Source: an uncultured delta proteobacterium
GTDB lineage: Bacteria > Myxococcota_A > Polyangia > Fen-1088
DNA: 64,000 nt
Assembly: GCA_963755125.1 (NCBI GenBank)
Contig: CAVWIP010000018.1
Location: forward strand, 32,001-96,000
Direction: 5' to 3'
How positions within the stretch are numbered: the first letter of the stretch is position 1; the number at the start of each line of letters is the position of its first letter. Both the position numbers and the translations under genes were made by a program. Below, piece by piece: positions 9,562 through 19,766 of the stretch. The notes beneath the pieces were generated by a model. It saw only the letters and a list, made by a program, of their open reading frames with translations. It did no database searches and was not told the DNA's origin.

Positions 9562-10053
9562 ATGGCCAGCCCAAGCGAGATCCTCACAGCCGCCACCGCC
9601 CGCTTCTCCGCGGACGCAGGTCTGAGTGCCCGCGAAAGCCAGATCCTCGAACTGGCCGCGCAGGGCTTCGTCGACAAGCAGATCTCGGACGAGTTAGGAC
9701 TAGCCTACACGACGGTCAAGTCCTATTGGTCCCGTATCTACTCCAAGGCGTCTGTCTCGAATCGGCAACTCGTCATCGCCAGGTTGATTACTTCTCTGGC
9801 GACGACGTCTGATCGCCAATCACTCGCAGAGATAGGTAGCAACACGAAAGGACCGCTCGTCCAGTCCGCCCGCAAGTGTCGTCGGCCGAATGTCATAAGA
9901 ATCGGGGGGACTCAAGCCAAAGCGCTAGCGGCAGAAGTGGCCCCTTCGTCGGCTATCCAGGTAGTCATTCAGCTGGGAGTCTTGACTTTGGTTTCCAACG
10001 CATACGCCGCGACGCTATGCGCACAAACAGGAGGTGTCCAATGGATGCAGTAG
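9562..10053 (+). CDS. LuxR/GerE-type HTH transcriptional regulator
   Basis: LSARESQILELAAQGFVDKQISDELGLAYTTVKSYWSRIYSK matches the LuxR HTH pattern; no sensor domain recognised. Confidence 0.75.
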   Translation: MASPSEILTAATARFSADAGLSARESQILELAAQGFVDKQISDELGLAYTTVKSYWSRIYSKASVSNRQLVIARLITSLATTSDRQSLAEIGSNTKGPLVQSARKCRRPNVIRIGGTQAKALAAEVAPSSAIQVVIQLGVLTLVSNAYAATLCAQTGGVQWMQ

Positions 10054-12197
10054 GATTCAAAATCGAGCGATCGGTTCTGGCGTCGTTCCGCTTTTCCAAG
10101 TTGCCGCGCAAGAGAGTCTGCGTAGGCACGGGTAGCCGAAACATCTTTTTGGGCATCGCTCTTATGGCGATGTCTCAGTCGGTCGCGTCTTGCGTCGGAC
10201 CGAATGGCAAAGCTGCCACCGGGGTTGGCTCCCGAGTGGAAAGCCATCGCTTAGCCTTGTCCACGGACAGCTCGTCGTTGCAGCAGAAAGCCACAAGCGC
10301 TGCCGCAGCGCAACTTGGGGTGGCTCCAACAGCTGTGGTTCTCGGGCCTCCGGTTACGCTAGACCTGCCGCTTACCGGACGCCACTTCACGCAGTTCAAG
10401 GCGGTGGGAGGGAGCGTGACGACCGTCGGGGTTTCATTCGATGAACTTGGCCAGCCGGCCAATGTCGAGCCGGCATTGGCGGCGGAGAGCGCCGCCTACA
10501 AAAAGCTCTACGGCAAGAAGACGCCTGGCCTGTACGGTCAGATGGTGGCAGCCCAGCCAGCGACGCAGAGGGTTAGTTTCTTGCTGAACTTCAACGACAC
10601 CACTGCAAGAGGTGAGAGCGTAAGCATTTCAAGTACGATGTCCCCCGCGGCAGTACAGGCACTCCCGGACAACACCAACTCCCTTCGGCTTTCGTACGCA
10701 GCCGCCACGGCCTCCGTGCGGGCGCGATTCTTGGCGAAGGTGCAACAGTTCGATTCTGGAGCTCTTGACGGCGGGCCTGACCCAGTCGTCTACGCCACCC
10801 TCTCGCCCTCGGAGATTGCCGAGATGGAAAGTGACCCAGACGTGCAGTCTATCGAGCGTGGCGATTTGGTCCCGAAGCAGGAACTTAATGTTTGCTCCCT
10901 TGAGCTAGGCTACTGGGATCCGGGCCAAATTTACCCGGGATCCGACCTGCTGTACGTCAATGGAGTTGGCATCGATGGGACTGGGGTCAAGATTGGCGAG
11001 CTTGATCCCTTTGCCCTCGTGACCACACAAAACCCTGCTCTCTCCAATGTACTGCAGTATCTTCCCTGGGCCTGTTATAACAGTTCTGGTGACGTCGACC
11101 ACGCAACCGCAGTTGCGGGCGTGCTGAAATCGAGCGATTCCTGGTTCCATGGGCTCGCTCCAAACGCTGCTTTGTTCGTTGGTGGCGGATGCGGAGCTTT
11201 GGGAGATCTGGAACAGTCTCTGAGTGGCGCCATTAACTGGGGGGCCACGACCGTAAACGCGAGCTGGGGCGGGGGTGGACTGACCGATGACTATGAATAC
11301 GATAGCGCTGTCTTCAGTAGCAACGTGTTACCTGCTGTCTCGGCGGGCAATTCGGGTGGGACCGGCTGTCCTGACGGCTCGGGCGGGTACGTCACTACCC
11401 CCGGGAATGCCTACAACGTCTTGACCGCAGGCGCGTATAGCACGTATGGCACGCCCAATTACCCTAACGATGATTCCATGTATGTTTGCTCGGCGTGGCA
11501 GACACCCAGCCTACACGGCGATCGGATCAAGCCGGAAATCATTGCGCCCGGCGTAGGTGTTATGACTTTGGGCCTTGACACTGGTAACTATCCGAGGATT
11601 GAACCAGAAACTGGGACTAGCATAGCTGCTCCGATGATCACCGGGACGATCGCCTTGATACAACAGGCCAATCCCGGGCTTAAAGCATGGCCTAATCTGG
11701 TAAAGGCGATCATACTGGCATCGGCGCAATACGACCTTCCTAATATACCCCAGGGAACCAAGGGGACAGGCTATGGCCGCCTTCACACGGACACGGCGGT
11801 TAGAATGGCTTCAAATACTGTTAGCGCTGGGCAGTATTGGTGGACGGGCCAGGGTGGACTCTATTGTTCCTTGTTCCCACTTTACTACTCCTATATTTAC
11901 TTGGTCGCGGGCAAGCCGGCGAGGGTGGCTCTAGTCTGGGACAATGATCCTGTTTACACCGCTTCGTCAATGTCAGAACCTTCATCTGATTTGGACCTTT
12001 TTGTGTACGGTCCGGCACCGTATGGGGCACAGACACCGTACGGGAGTCGAGTTGGGTATAGTGGTTCGTGGGACAACACGCAGGAAGTCGCGAATTTTAC
12101 CCCTCCCACTTCGGGATACTACCAAGCGGTTGCGAACGTCTATCGATGCAGCATGCCGGTAAACCGTATAGCCATTGCCGCATACCAGGCTCCATGA
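10041..12197 (+). CDS. Secreted S8 subtilisin-like serine protease, probable lipoprotein
   Basis: RBS AGGAGG before ATG 10041; triad regions GVKIGELD, DHATAVAG, GTSIAAPMITG; SAGN oxyanion motif, KPEIIAPG; lipobox-like VASC; C-terminal SDLDLFVY domain. Confidence 0.85.
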   Translation: MDAVGFKIERSVLASFRFSKLPRKRVCVGTGSRNIFLGIALMAMSQSVASCVGPNGKAATGVGSRVESHRLALSTDSSSLQQKATSAAAAQLGVAPTAVVLGPPVTLDLPLTGRHFTQFKAVGGSVTTVGVSFDELGQPANVEPALAAESAAYKKLYGKKTPGLYGQMVAAQPATQRVSFLLNFNDTTARGESVSISSTMSPAAVQALPDNTNSLRLSYAAATASVRARFLAKVQQFDSGALDGGPDPVVYATLSPSEIAEMESDPDVQSIERGDLVPKQELNVCSLELGYWDPGQIYPGSDLLYVNGVGIDGTGVKIGELDPFALVTTQNPALSNVLQYLPWACYNSSGDVDHATAVAGVLKSSDSWFHGLAPNAALFVGGGCGALGDLEQSLSGAINWGATTVNASWGGGGLTDDYEYDSAVFSSNVLPAVSAGNSGGTGCPDGSGGYVTTPGNAYNVLTAGAYSTYGTPNYPNDDSMYVCSAWQTPSLHGDRIKPEIIAPGVGVMTLGLDTGNYPRIEPETGTSIAAPMITGTIALIQQANPGLKAWPNLVKAIILASAQYDLPNIPQGTKGTGYGRLHTDTAVRMASNTVSAGQYWWTGQGGLYCSLFPLYYSYIYLVAGKPARVALVWDNDPVYTASSMSEPSSDLDLFVYGPAPYGAQTPYGSRVGYSGSWDNTQEVANFTPPTSGYYQAVANVYRCSMPVNRIAIAAYQAP

Positions 12198-12636
12198 CCA
12201 CCGCGGGAACTGCGCGTAAGGAAGGGGGCACGGCCGGGCACGGGCCGCAACGGGAGTGAGTACTGAGAGCGTGAGCAAGAATCGGGGAGCGGGAGGATGC
12301 GCGGAAATTGTTGTCGGGGATCTTTCCGTTGGTGACCACGAAATTTTTATTTTGAAGGGGCGACTCGATCTTGTTGATGCTTTTTGACCTAACCCCCGTG
12401 CGGCCGGCAGCGGTGAAACCGACTTTTGCGGATTCAAAGTGCGGAGCATTCTTGCGAGGGAACCGCGCGCAGATTGGAGGCGCTGTTGGCGGATTACCAT
12501 TCGGCGGATGGTGTCTGTGCGTTCATCGAGTGACGGGATCTTTTTGGCGCTCCGCATTGCGATCGAGTCGCGGGACGAAGTGGCCGGTACGCCCGCCATC
12601 GTGCCATCGGCCCATTTTGGTGGTACTCTGACCCCC

Positions 12637-14199
12637 ATGTCCCGCGTGTGCCGATGGTTGGCAATCGGTGTAGCGTTGTCGTTCACTGGGCTTGCTTGCT
12701 TGCGGACACCGCTGGAGGAACAGCCAGCAGGCACGATGAAGGCCATCAGCACGGGTGGAGGATCCACGACTGTCCCCAGCGGAGCCACTGGAACCGTCGG
12801 CGGCACGGCTGGAGGAGGCAAGACCGACACCAGGGGAGGGAGCGGTGGCACCACGGGAAGCGGCGGGGCGATCGGGGGCGGTAGCGTGAGCCTTGGAGGC
12901 GCCTCTGGAGGAGGCAGCAACGGCGGCGTTAGTGGCAGTTCTCCAACGGGCCTTGGCGGTGGCGGCGTTGGCGGCACGGACGGCGCCGGCACGAGCAGCT
13001 CCGTTGGGGGCACAATGAACACCGGAGGCACGGGGGGAGGGGGCAGGACCATGACTACCGGAGGGAGAACTGGACCCGCCGGAGCTACGACCAGCACCAC
13101 CGGAGGGAGGACTGCAGGCACGGGTGGCGGAGGCACGATCAGGCCGTCCGGAGGCGCGACTAGTCCCACCGGAGGGAGTATCATCACCTCCGGAGGCACG
13201 ACTGTTGAAGGAGGATTCACAACGACGGGCAGCATGACCGCAGTGAGGTGGCAACACACGGCGACGTTGTTGCCGAGCGGAATGGTTCTCATCGCGGGTG
13301 GAATCGACAATGGGGGAAACTACCTCGCAAGTGCGGAGCTTTACAACCCAGCGGCGGGGACATTCACGGCGACCGGCAGCATGCCCGGGGCGAGGGCGGG
13401 GCACACGGCCACGTTGCTGGGCAACGGAAGGGTGCTCATCGTTGGCGGCGAGAACCCTGGGGCTCTCGCCAGTGCGGAGCTATACGACCCAAGCACCGGA
13501 ACGTTCGCCGCCACCACTGACACGACTGTGGATTGGCAAGGCCACACAGCGACATTATTGGGCAACGGAAAGGTCCTCATCGCCGGCGGATGCGAGCAGA
13601 CTAGCTGTCTCGTGAGCGCAGAGTTATACGACCCAAGTGCTGCGACATTCACGGTCACTGGCAGGATGACCGTAGCCAGGGAGTGGCATACAGCGACGTT
13701 GTTGCCGAGCGAGATGGTCCTCATCGCCGGGGGTTTCGTTGGTGACGCTATCGTGAACGCAGAGCTATACGACCCAAGTACCGGAACATTCACGGCCACC
13801 GGCAGCACGACCGTGGCCAGGTACAAGCACACGGCGACGTCGTTGTCGAGCGGGAAGGTCCTCATCGCCGGAGGGCTAGGCCAGAGCGCGTCTTCCGCGA
13901 GCGCCGAGCTATACGACCCGGTGGCCAAAACATTTGCCACAACCAGCAGCATGACCGTGACCAGGTACAACCACACGGCGACGTTGTTGCCCGACGGGAG
14001 AGTGCTCATTACCGGCGGATTCGGCAGCAACGCCGCTCCTCTGGCGAGCGCGGAACTCTACGAGCCAAGCGCCGGAACTTTTGCAGCAACCAGTAGCATG
14101 GCCGTGGGAAGGGTGGAGCACACGGCTACCCTATTACCCAACGGGGAGGTACTCATCGCTGGTGGAAGCGGCGACACAAGCGCCGAGCTATACGAATAG
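12637..14199 (+). CDS. Kelch/galactose-oxidase-type beta-propeller lipoprotein with Gly/Thr-rich linker
   Basis: Signal MSRVCRWLAIGVALSFTGLAC; long GGxxG/T tract; about 7 repeats of R..HTATLL..G.VLIAGG...SAELYDP. Confidence 0.85.
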   Translation: MSRVCRWLAIGVALSFTGLACLRTPLEEQPAGTMKAISTGGGSTTVPSGATGTVGGTAGGGKTDTRGGSGGTTGSGGAIGGGSVSLGGASGGGSNGGVSGSSPTGLGGGGVGGTDGAGTSSSVGGTMNTGGTGGGGRTMTTGGRTGPAGATTSTTGGRTAGTGGGGTIRPSGGATSPTGGSIITSGGTTVEGGFTTTGSMTAVRWQHTATLLPSGMVLIAGGIDNGGNYLASAELYNPAAGTFTATGSMPGARAGHTATLLGNGRVLIVGGENPGALASAELYDPSTGTFAATTDTTVDWQGHTATLLGNGKVLIAGGCEQTSCLVSAELYDPSAATFTVTGRMTVAREWHTATLLPSEMVLIAGGFVGDAIVNAELYDPSTGTFTATGSTTVARYKHTATSLSSGKVLIAGGLGQSASSASAELYDPVAKTFATTSSMTVTRYNHTATLLPDGRVLITGGFGSNAAPLASAELYEPSAGTFAATSSMAVGRVEHTATLLPNGEVLIAGGSGDTSAELYE

Positions 14200-14795
14200 C
14201 CCTGGCCTTCGTCACCGTGAGTCCAGAAAGCTACCTTCTTCGTACAAAGTCGGGAAGGCAGATCCAACAACGAGCATGACCGGCGGCGACGCGGGAAGGC
14301 AGACCCCGTGCTGTCCGAAAACTCGTCGCCAAGTCTCATGCAGCCTCACGTTGGTAATAGTTCAGAAGGTCTCCGAGGCGTGAGCGGCAGGCAATCGAGC
14401 CGTTCGACCCATTGTCGTTCGCGGAGCCAGGCTGGCTCTTGATCAGTTGGCCGCCGCCCATCCCTCCCACGCTTCCGCCAACTCCCGACCCGCCGCCTGC
14501 CTGCCTTCCGTGAAGACCGTCGTCTTCGGGGCGATGCCCTCTTGCACGAAGGTGGTGAGCGCGAGCGATCCGCGGTTCCCGTTGGCTCGCGAGCCCGTGG
14601 TTGGCGGCGGGCCCCTGTATCGGGGCTATGCGTAGGCGTGGCCGCTTGCCACCTTTCACGCCAGAGCCTCACCAGCGGGGCGGCACCGGTGACGTGATGA
14701 CGCAAACTCCCGGGTCGGAGGAAATGGCGATGTAATGGGGATTCGGCTACTCGTCGCGGCAATTATGCGCCTGCCTGCGGGCCGTGTGTTCCGCG

Positions 14796-15060
14796 TCAAG
14801 TGAGCTTGGTCAGCTTCTCGGCCACGGGCGCGGTCGCGGTAGTGGCGTCCGCGGTGACGGCGGGTTCGCTCACAGCGCCGGCGCCGGGGCTGGCGCTCGT
14901 CTCGCTCGCGGGGGCGGGCGCGCTTACAGTGCCCGGGCGGGGGCTGGCGGCACTCTCGCCCGCGGTGCTACTGCCCGCGGCCTGCAGTGCTTCAGTGATC
15001 TTGCGAACCAGAAACGTCTTGTTGGGGCTGCGGGTCTTCTTTCCAATGTCCTCGGTAAGC
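14796..15060 (-). pseudogene. Gene remnant of a low-complexity hypothetical protein
   Basis: Minus frame reads LTEDIGKKTRSPNKTFLVRKITEALQ...AEKLTKLT* with no obvious start. It resembles, from memory only, mobile-element-associated myxobacterial hypotheticals. Confidence 0.3.
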
Positions 15061-15341
15061 TTGGGTTGGCCAGCGCGTGCTGGCTGGTTTCGACAACCAC
15101 CTACAGGCGTGACGTCGCGAGTACATCAAGGCGAATGCGACCTGCAATCGGTCGAATTCCGACGCCGCCACCGCACATAGGGCCGTCGCCGCGACGAGGC
15201 GGCCTACAATGGAGGCGTGTCCGCTACGCATGGAATGCGAGGTTTTCTCCGCCAGATGCCCATGAGCGTGACCACGGGTGCTGGCTGGCCGATGGCGTTC
15301 CCGACGGCGCCGTTTCGTGGTAGACGGTTCATCCGGACGCC

Positions 15342-18300
15342 GTGAGGGACCAGGACCGGTTCGAGACCCAAGAGGAAACGCCCTTCGTGGTGTGTGAGCA
15401 GGGGCGTTTCGGTGAGCGCTTCCAGGTTGAATCGTTGGTGGGCAGCGGGGGCATGGGGATGGTTTTCCGTGGGCGCGACCTGTTGGATGGGCAGGCGGTG
15501 GCGCTCAAGGTTCTGCGCCGACAGGGACACAACGCCACTGAACGGTTGCTTCGCGAGGCAGAAGTGCTGGCTGCGCTCTCCCATCCGGCCGTCGTCCGCT
15601 ACGTGGGCCACGGTATGACCTTGCAGGGCGAGCCCTACCTGGCGATGGAGTGGCTCGACGGGGAGACGCTGGCCGATCGGCTTGCCCGTGGGGCCATCGG
15701 ATCAGTGGCAGCGGCGCGCCTGGGCAGCCGTGTGCTACTTGCGCTGGCCGTGGCACATTCGCACGGCATCGTCCACCGAGACATCAAGCCATCGAATCTG
15801 TTCTTGCCCGAGGCGGACCTGGGCCAGGCCAAGCTGCTCGACTTCGGCATTGCGCGCCGGACGCAAGACGATTGGCCGGTCACCAGGCCTGGGACGGCGC
15901 TGGGCACGGCCATGTACATGGCGCCTGAGCAGGCGCGCGACGGGGACGCGGTCGACGGGCGAGCGGACATCTTCTCGCTGGGCTGCGTGCTCTACGAGTG
16001 CGCGACTGGCGAGCCGCCTTGCCGCCAGGTGAGCCACGCTGGCAGAACTCCCGCCTGGTACGAAGCGGATCCCACGGGGCAATGCTGGGCCGTGGCACAG
16101 CCGTTGCGGGAGGTGCTAGCCCGCATGCTCGCCCTCGAGCCGGCAAAGAGGCCGGGCGACGTTGAGGAGCTGTCAGCCGAGCTGGCGTCGGTGGCAGACA
16201 CGTTGGTGGCGAATGGCCAGAGTGCAGAGCGCCGCCGCGAAACCCTGTCGGTGGACGAGCAGCGCGTCGTGGCCGTAGTGCTGGTCGCGGGCATGCGGCG
16301 AGAGAATCGCAATGACGCGGAGGAGGCGGCCCTACAAGAGTTGCTGGCGCCGCACCGAACGCAGGCCGAACGCATGGCCGATGGCACGATAAGGATCTCC
16401 TTCACAGGTCAAGCCACGCCGCTAGACCAGGCCACGCAAGCCGCGCGCTGTGCTTTGCGCCTGAAGGCCGCGCTGCTTGACGCTAGCCTGGGCATCAGCA
16501 CCAGCCGCACTGATCTGGCCGGCAAGCTTTCCCTGGGCGATGTCATCGACCAGGCCGGCCTTCTGCTCACCACCACCCCGGCCGGCACCATCCACATCGA
16601 CGGCCTCACCGCCCGCCTGCTGGAGACCCGCTTCGAGATCCAGGCGCTTGCCGACGGCACCTCACGCCTGCTGTTCGAAAAGGGAATTCGCGAAGCCCCG
16701 CGCACCCTGATGGGCAAGCCCGTCCCGTGCTTCGGCCGGGATCGCGAGGTCGACCTGCTGGAAGCCCTGTGGGATGAAGCGTGCGACGAGCCCGCCGCGC
16801 GCGCGATGTTGATGACCTAGGCCGCGGGCGGGGGCAAGTCGCGCGTGCGCCACGAGTTCTGCGACCGCATCCAGCGACGCAGTCGCGCCTTTGCGCTGCT
16901 GGTTGGTCGCGGCGATCCCATGCGCGACGCCGCGCCGTTTGCTTTGCTGGGCCAGGCCCTGCTCGCGGCCACAGGGATCACCGGCGCTGAGCCCGAGGCT
17001 GCACAGCGCAAGCGCCTGACCGCGCACGCCGCGCGCTTCCTGCCGGCCAAGGACGCCCTGCGGGTCGCGGCGTTCCTGGGCGAGATGGCCAACCTGCCTT
17101 TTCCCGACGAGGATCTGCCACCCTTGCGCGCGGCCCGGCAGGACCCGCGCTTGATGGCCGACCAGACGCTCATGGCCTGGCTCGACTGGCTGGAGGCGGA
17201 GTGCAATCACCATCCGGTGCTACTGGTGCTGGAGGATCTGAACTGGGGCGACGCGCCCAGCGTGAACTTTGTAGACGCGGCCCTGCGCGTACACAACGAG
17301 AAGCCGTTCATGGTGCTGGCCCTGGCGCGACCCGAGGTGGACCGGCGTTTTCCTAGCCTGTGGAAGGAACGCAACCCGCAGCGGATCAATCTGGCGCCGC
17401 TGTCGCCCAAGTCCACTCAGCGGATGATCGAGCATGTGGTGGGCAAGATCTCCGAAGAGAGCAGCCGCTGGATCGCGGAGCGGGCGCAGGGAAATCCTTT
17501 CTACCTTGAGGAACTGCTGCGCGTGGTGGCCGAAGGAGGCAAGGTCGGCGACGACAGCAACCTGCCCGACACGGTGCTGGGCATGGTGCAGGCCCGCTTC
17601 GACATCTTTGGCCCGGACGCCAAACTGGTCCTGCGCGCGGGCAGCATCTTTGGCCAGACCTTTCGGCCTGCCGGGGTCAAGGCCCTGGTCGACGAGGATC
17701 GGCGCAAGGACGTGGACCGCTGGCTGGAGATCCTGACCAAGCGAGAGATTCTGTTTTCGCGACCGACCGCGGACCTGCGCGAGTACGCGTTCCGGCACGC
17801 GCTGTTGCGCCAGGCGGCCTACGAGATGCTGCCGCCAACTGAAAGACGGCTGGGCCACCTGCTGGCTGGCGAGTACCTGGAGCAGGCTGGTGAGCGCCAG
17901 GGCATCGTGCTGGCCGACCACTTCGAGCGCGCAGGCGAAAAGCCACGCGCCATTCGCTGGCTGGGCGTGGCAGCCCAGCAGGCGCTGGACGCGGATGACT
18001 TGGCGGAAACCATCGCGCGCGTCGAGCGAGGCGTGAACCTGGGCGCCGCGGGCGAAGAATTGTATGCGATGCGAGTGATCGAGTCGGACGCGAAGTTCTG
18101 GCGAGGGCAATACCTGGAGGCGGAGCGAGCGGCTCGGGAGGCGCTCGCCTCCAGTGAGGCGCGGACCAGGCTGGACGCACTGAGCGCGCTCTTCGATGCA
18201 CTTGGCCCACAGATCAAGTACGACGAGATCGCCACGCTATTCCGCGGTCTCGAGCGGCCAGCAGCGCCTGAACTCTTGAATGCCTGGCTTGACTGTTTCG

Positions 18301-19211
18301 CGAACGCGGCTGGCTACCTCACCTACGCTGGCGACAACGAGATCCGTCACCAAACCTTGACGCTGCTGGAGGAGTCACGAGACCAGCTGGAGCCGATCAT
18401 GCTGGGACGGGCAGAGGGCCTGAGGTCGCACATCGCGAGAAGCCAGGGCAATCCAGCCGAATCTCTCGCGGCAGCCAAACGCGCCGCTGACTACTTCGAG
18501 AGCATCGGCCACCGCCGCGCCGCTTGCGAGGCTCTTGCGAACGTCGGCGTGAGCCTGCTCGAGCTCGGCCGACTGGAAGAAGCCGAGGCCTGCATCCAGC
18601 AGATCATGGCCACGGCGCGAAAGATGGACCTCAAGTACATGCTTGGGGGCAGCCTGCAAGCCCTGACCAACATCCTTGCCTACAAGGGATCTTTTGCCGA
18701 GGCACGCGCTGTCGGCCAGGAGGGCATCGCCGTCAACCGCACGCAGAATGATCGACGCTTCCAGGGATGCGCGGAGGCGTATCTCTCGGTGACGGAATAC
18801 CTGGCGGGCGATTACGCACGCGCCGAGCAGTACGCGCGCGCAGCCCTGACCACATGGGAGACCGTGCACGCAGTTTTGCCCTTCGCGCGCGCCTTGCTGG
18901 CTCGCGCCCTGCTGGCGCAGGGCCACAAGGCCGAGGCGCTGTCGACCGCGCGCGATGCGTATGCCGAGTTCGAGAGGATAGGCATCGTGGACGACGGCGA
19001 GGCGACGATACGATTGGCGCTTGCCGAGTGCCTGATCGCGGGCAGAGACATCGCGGCGGCCCAGGAGGTTCTAGACACGGCGGCTAGCCGAATTCTCGCG
19101 GCGGCAAAGGCCATTGACGATCCCGAAGTTCGCGAGTCGTTCCTGAACCGTATCCCCGAGCATCGCCGCATCCTTGAACTCGCGCACGAGTTGGCCACCG
19201 GGAAAGTTTGA
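15342..19211 (+). pseudogene. Kinase-STAND-TPR paralogue 2, interrupted by one in-frame TAG at 16818-16820
   Basis: ORFs 15342..16820 and 16845..19211 share a frame. LMT*AAGGGKS aligns with LMTSTAGGGKS and LMASAAGGGKS of paralogues 1 and 3 (TCG>TAG). Confidence 0.85.
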
Positions 19212-19223
19212 CCCCAGAACGCG

Positions 19224-19247
19224 AAACGCCGCCCGTAGGCAGCGTTT
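19224..19247 (-). terminator. Hairpin between convergent paralogue 2 and the peptide gene
   Basis: On the minus strand, AAACGCTGCC-TACG-GGCGGCGTTT forms a 10-bp stem with one G.U pair and a C(UACG)G tetraloop. The same pair is a C.A mismatch on the plus strand. Confidence 0.65.
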
Positions 19248-19268
19248 TCTGCGGTCGATATGTCGCGA

Positions 19269-19337
19269 CTACTTCGGCCAGTTGCCTCCGCCGCTGCGTA
19301 CTCGGGACTTCACTTTGATGCCAGATGTCTTCTTCAT
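19269..19337 (-). CDS. 22-aa peptide MKKTSGIKVKSRVRSGGGNWPK (candidate RiPP precursor or signalling peptide)
   Basis: Manual translation ATG 19337 to TAG 19269; RBS AAGGAG 8 nt upstream; downstream hairpin favours this strand; too short for the ORF track. Confidence 0.75.
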   Translation of the reverse strand: MKKTSGIKVKSRVRSGGGNWPK

Positions 19338-19412
19338 GGGGGGATCTCCTTGCGTGGGTTGAAATACTTCGAGGGACGGCAGCATGGTCGATCAAGGAGA
19401 CGCACCTTGCAA

Positions 19413-19568
19413 GTCAAATCTTTGACGATGTCGTCAGTTCATTGACAATGTTGCACTGCTGTCACGCAAATTCTTATCAATTTCAATCTGTTCACTGACA
19501 ACTACGGTCAGCCTATCAACATGTTTTCAACTGTAGTCAACTTCATGACTATCGGTCACATGAATGAC
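19413..19568. promoter_or_regulatory. AT-rich array of GTCA-N6-TGAC palindromic operator/UAS-like sites
   Basis: Perfect sites at 19413-19426, 19433-19446, 19536-19549 and 19555-19568; degenerate sites at 19486-19499 and 19507-19520. Confidence 0.75.
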
Positions 19569-19766
19569 TGTCTGCCATAATTATCCGTTTAATTACAGTT
19601 GGTTGCGATTACAGATATCCGAGCAAACTGCTGTTCGCGTTATCCAATTGCGCTACCGCCGCGCCCGAACTAGCAACCGAGCGTCGGCCCCTGTTCCCTC
19701 GCGAACCCTTGAGCGGCGCCGGCCAGATCCCTGTAACATTCCGCCCGTAGCACTCAGGCAGTATCC

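Noticed and set aside
12740..13200. GGC/ACC-rich tract as a DNA tandem repeat
   Set aside because: Explained by a low-complexity Gly/Thr/Ser protein linker; there is no fixed nucleotide period.
11982..13310. 442-aa Pro-rich minus-strand ORF
   Set aside because: Antisense shadow of the Gly-rich linker of the Kelch lipoprotein.
16818..16820. Pyrrolysine or programmed amber readthrough
   Set aside because: The aligned residue is Ser (TCG), one substitution away. No pyl genes are in the window, and TAG is an ordinary stop in other genes here.
19413..19568. CRISPR array or iterons
   Set aside because: The units are 14-bp palindromes with only 4-bp conserved arms and irregular gaps; there are no 23-47-bp direct repeats and no cas or rep gene.
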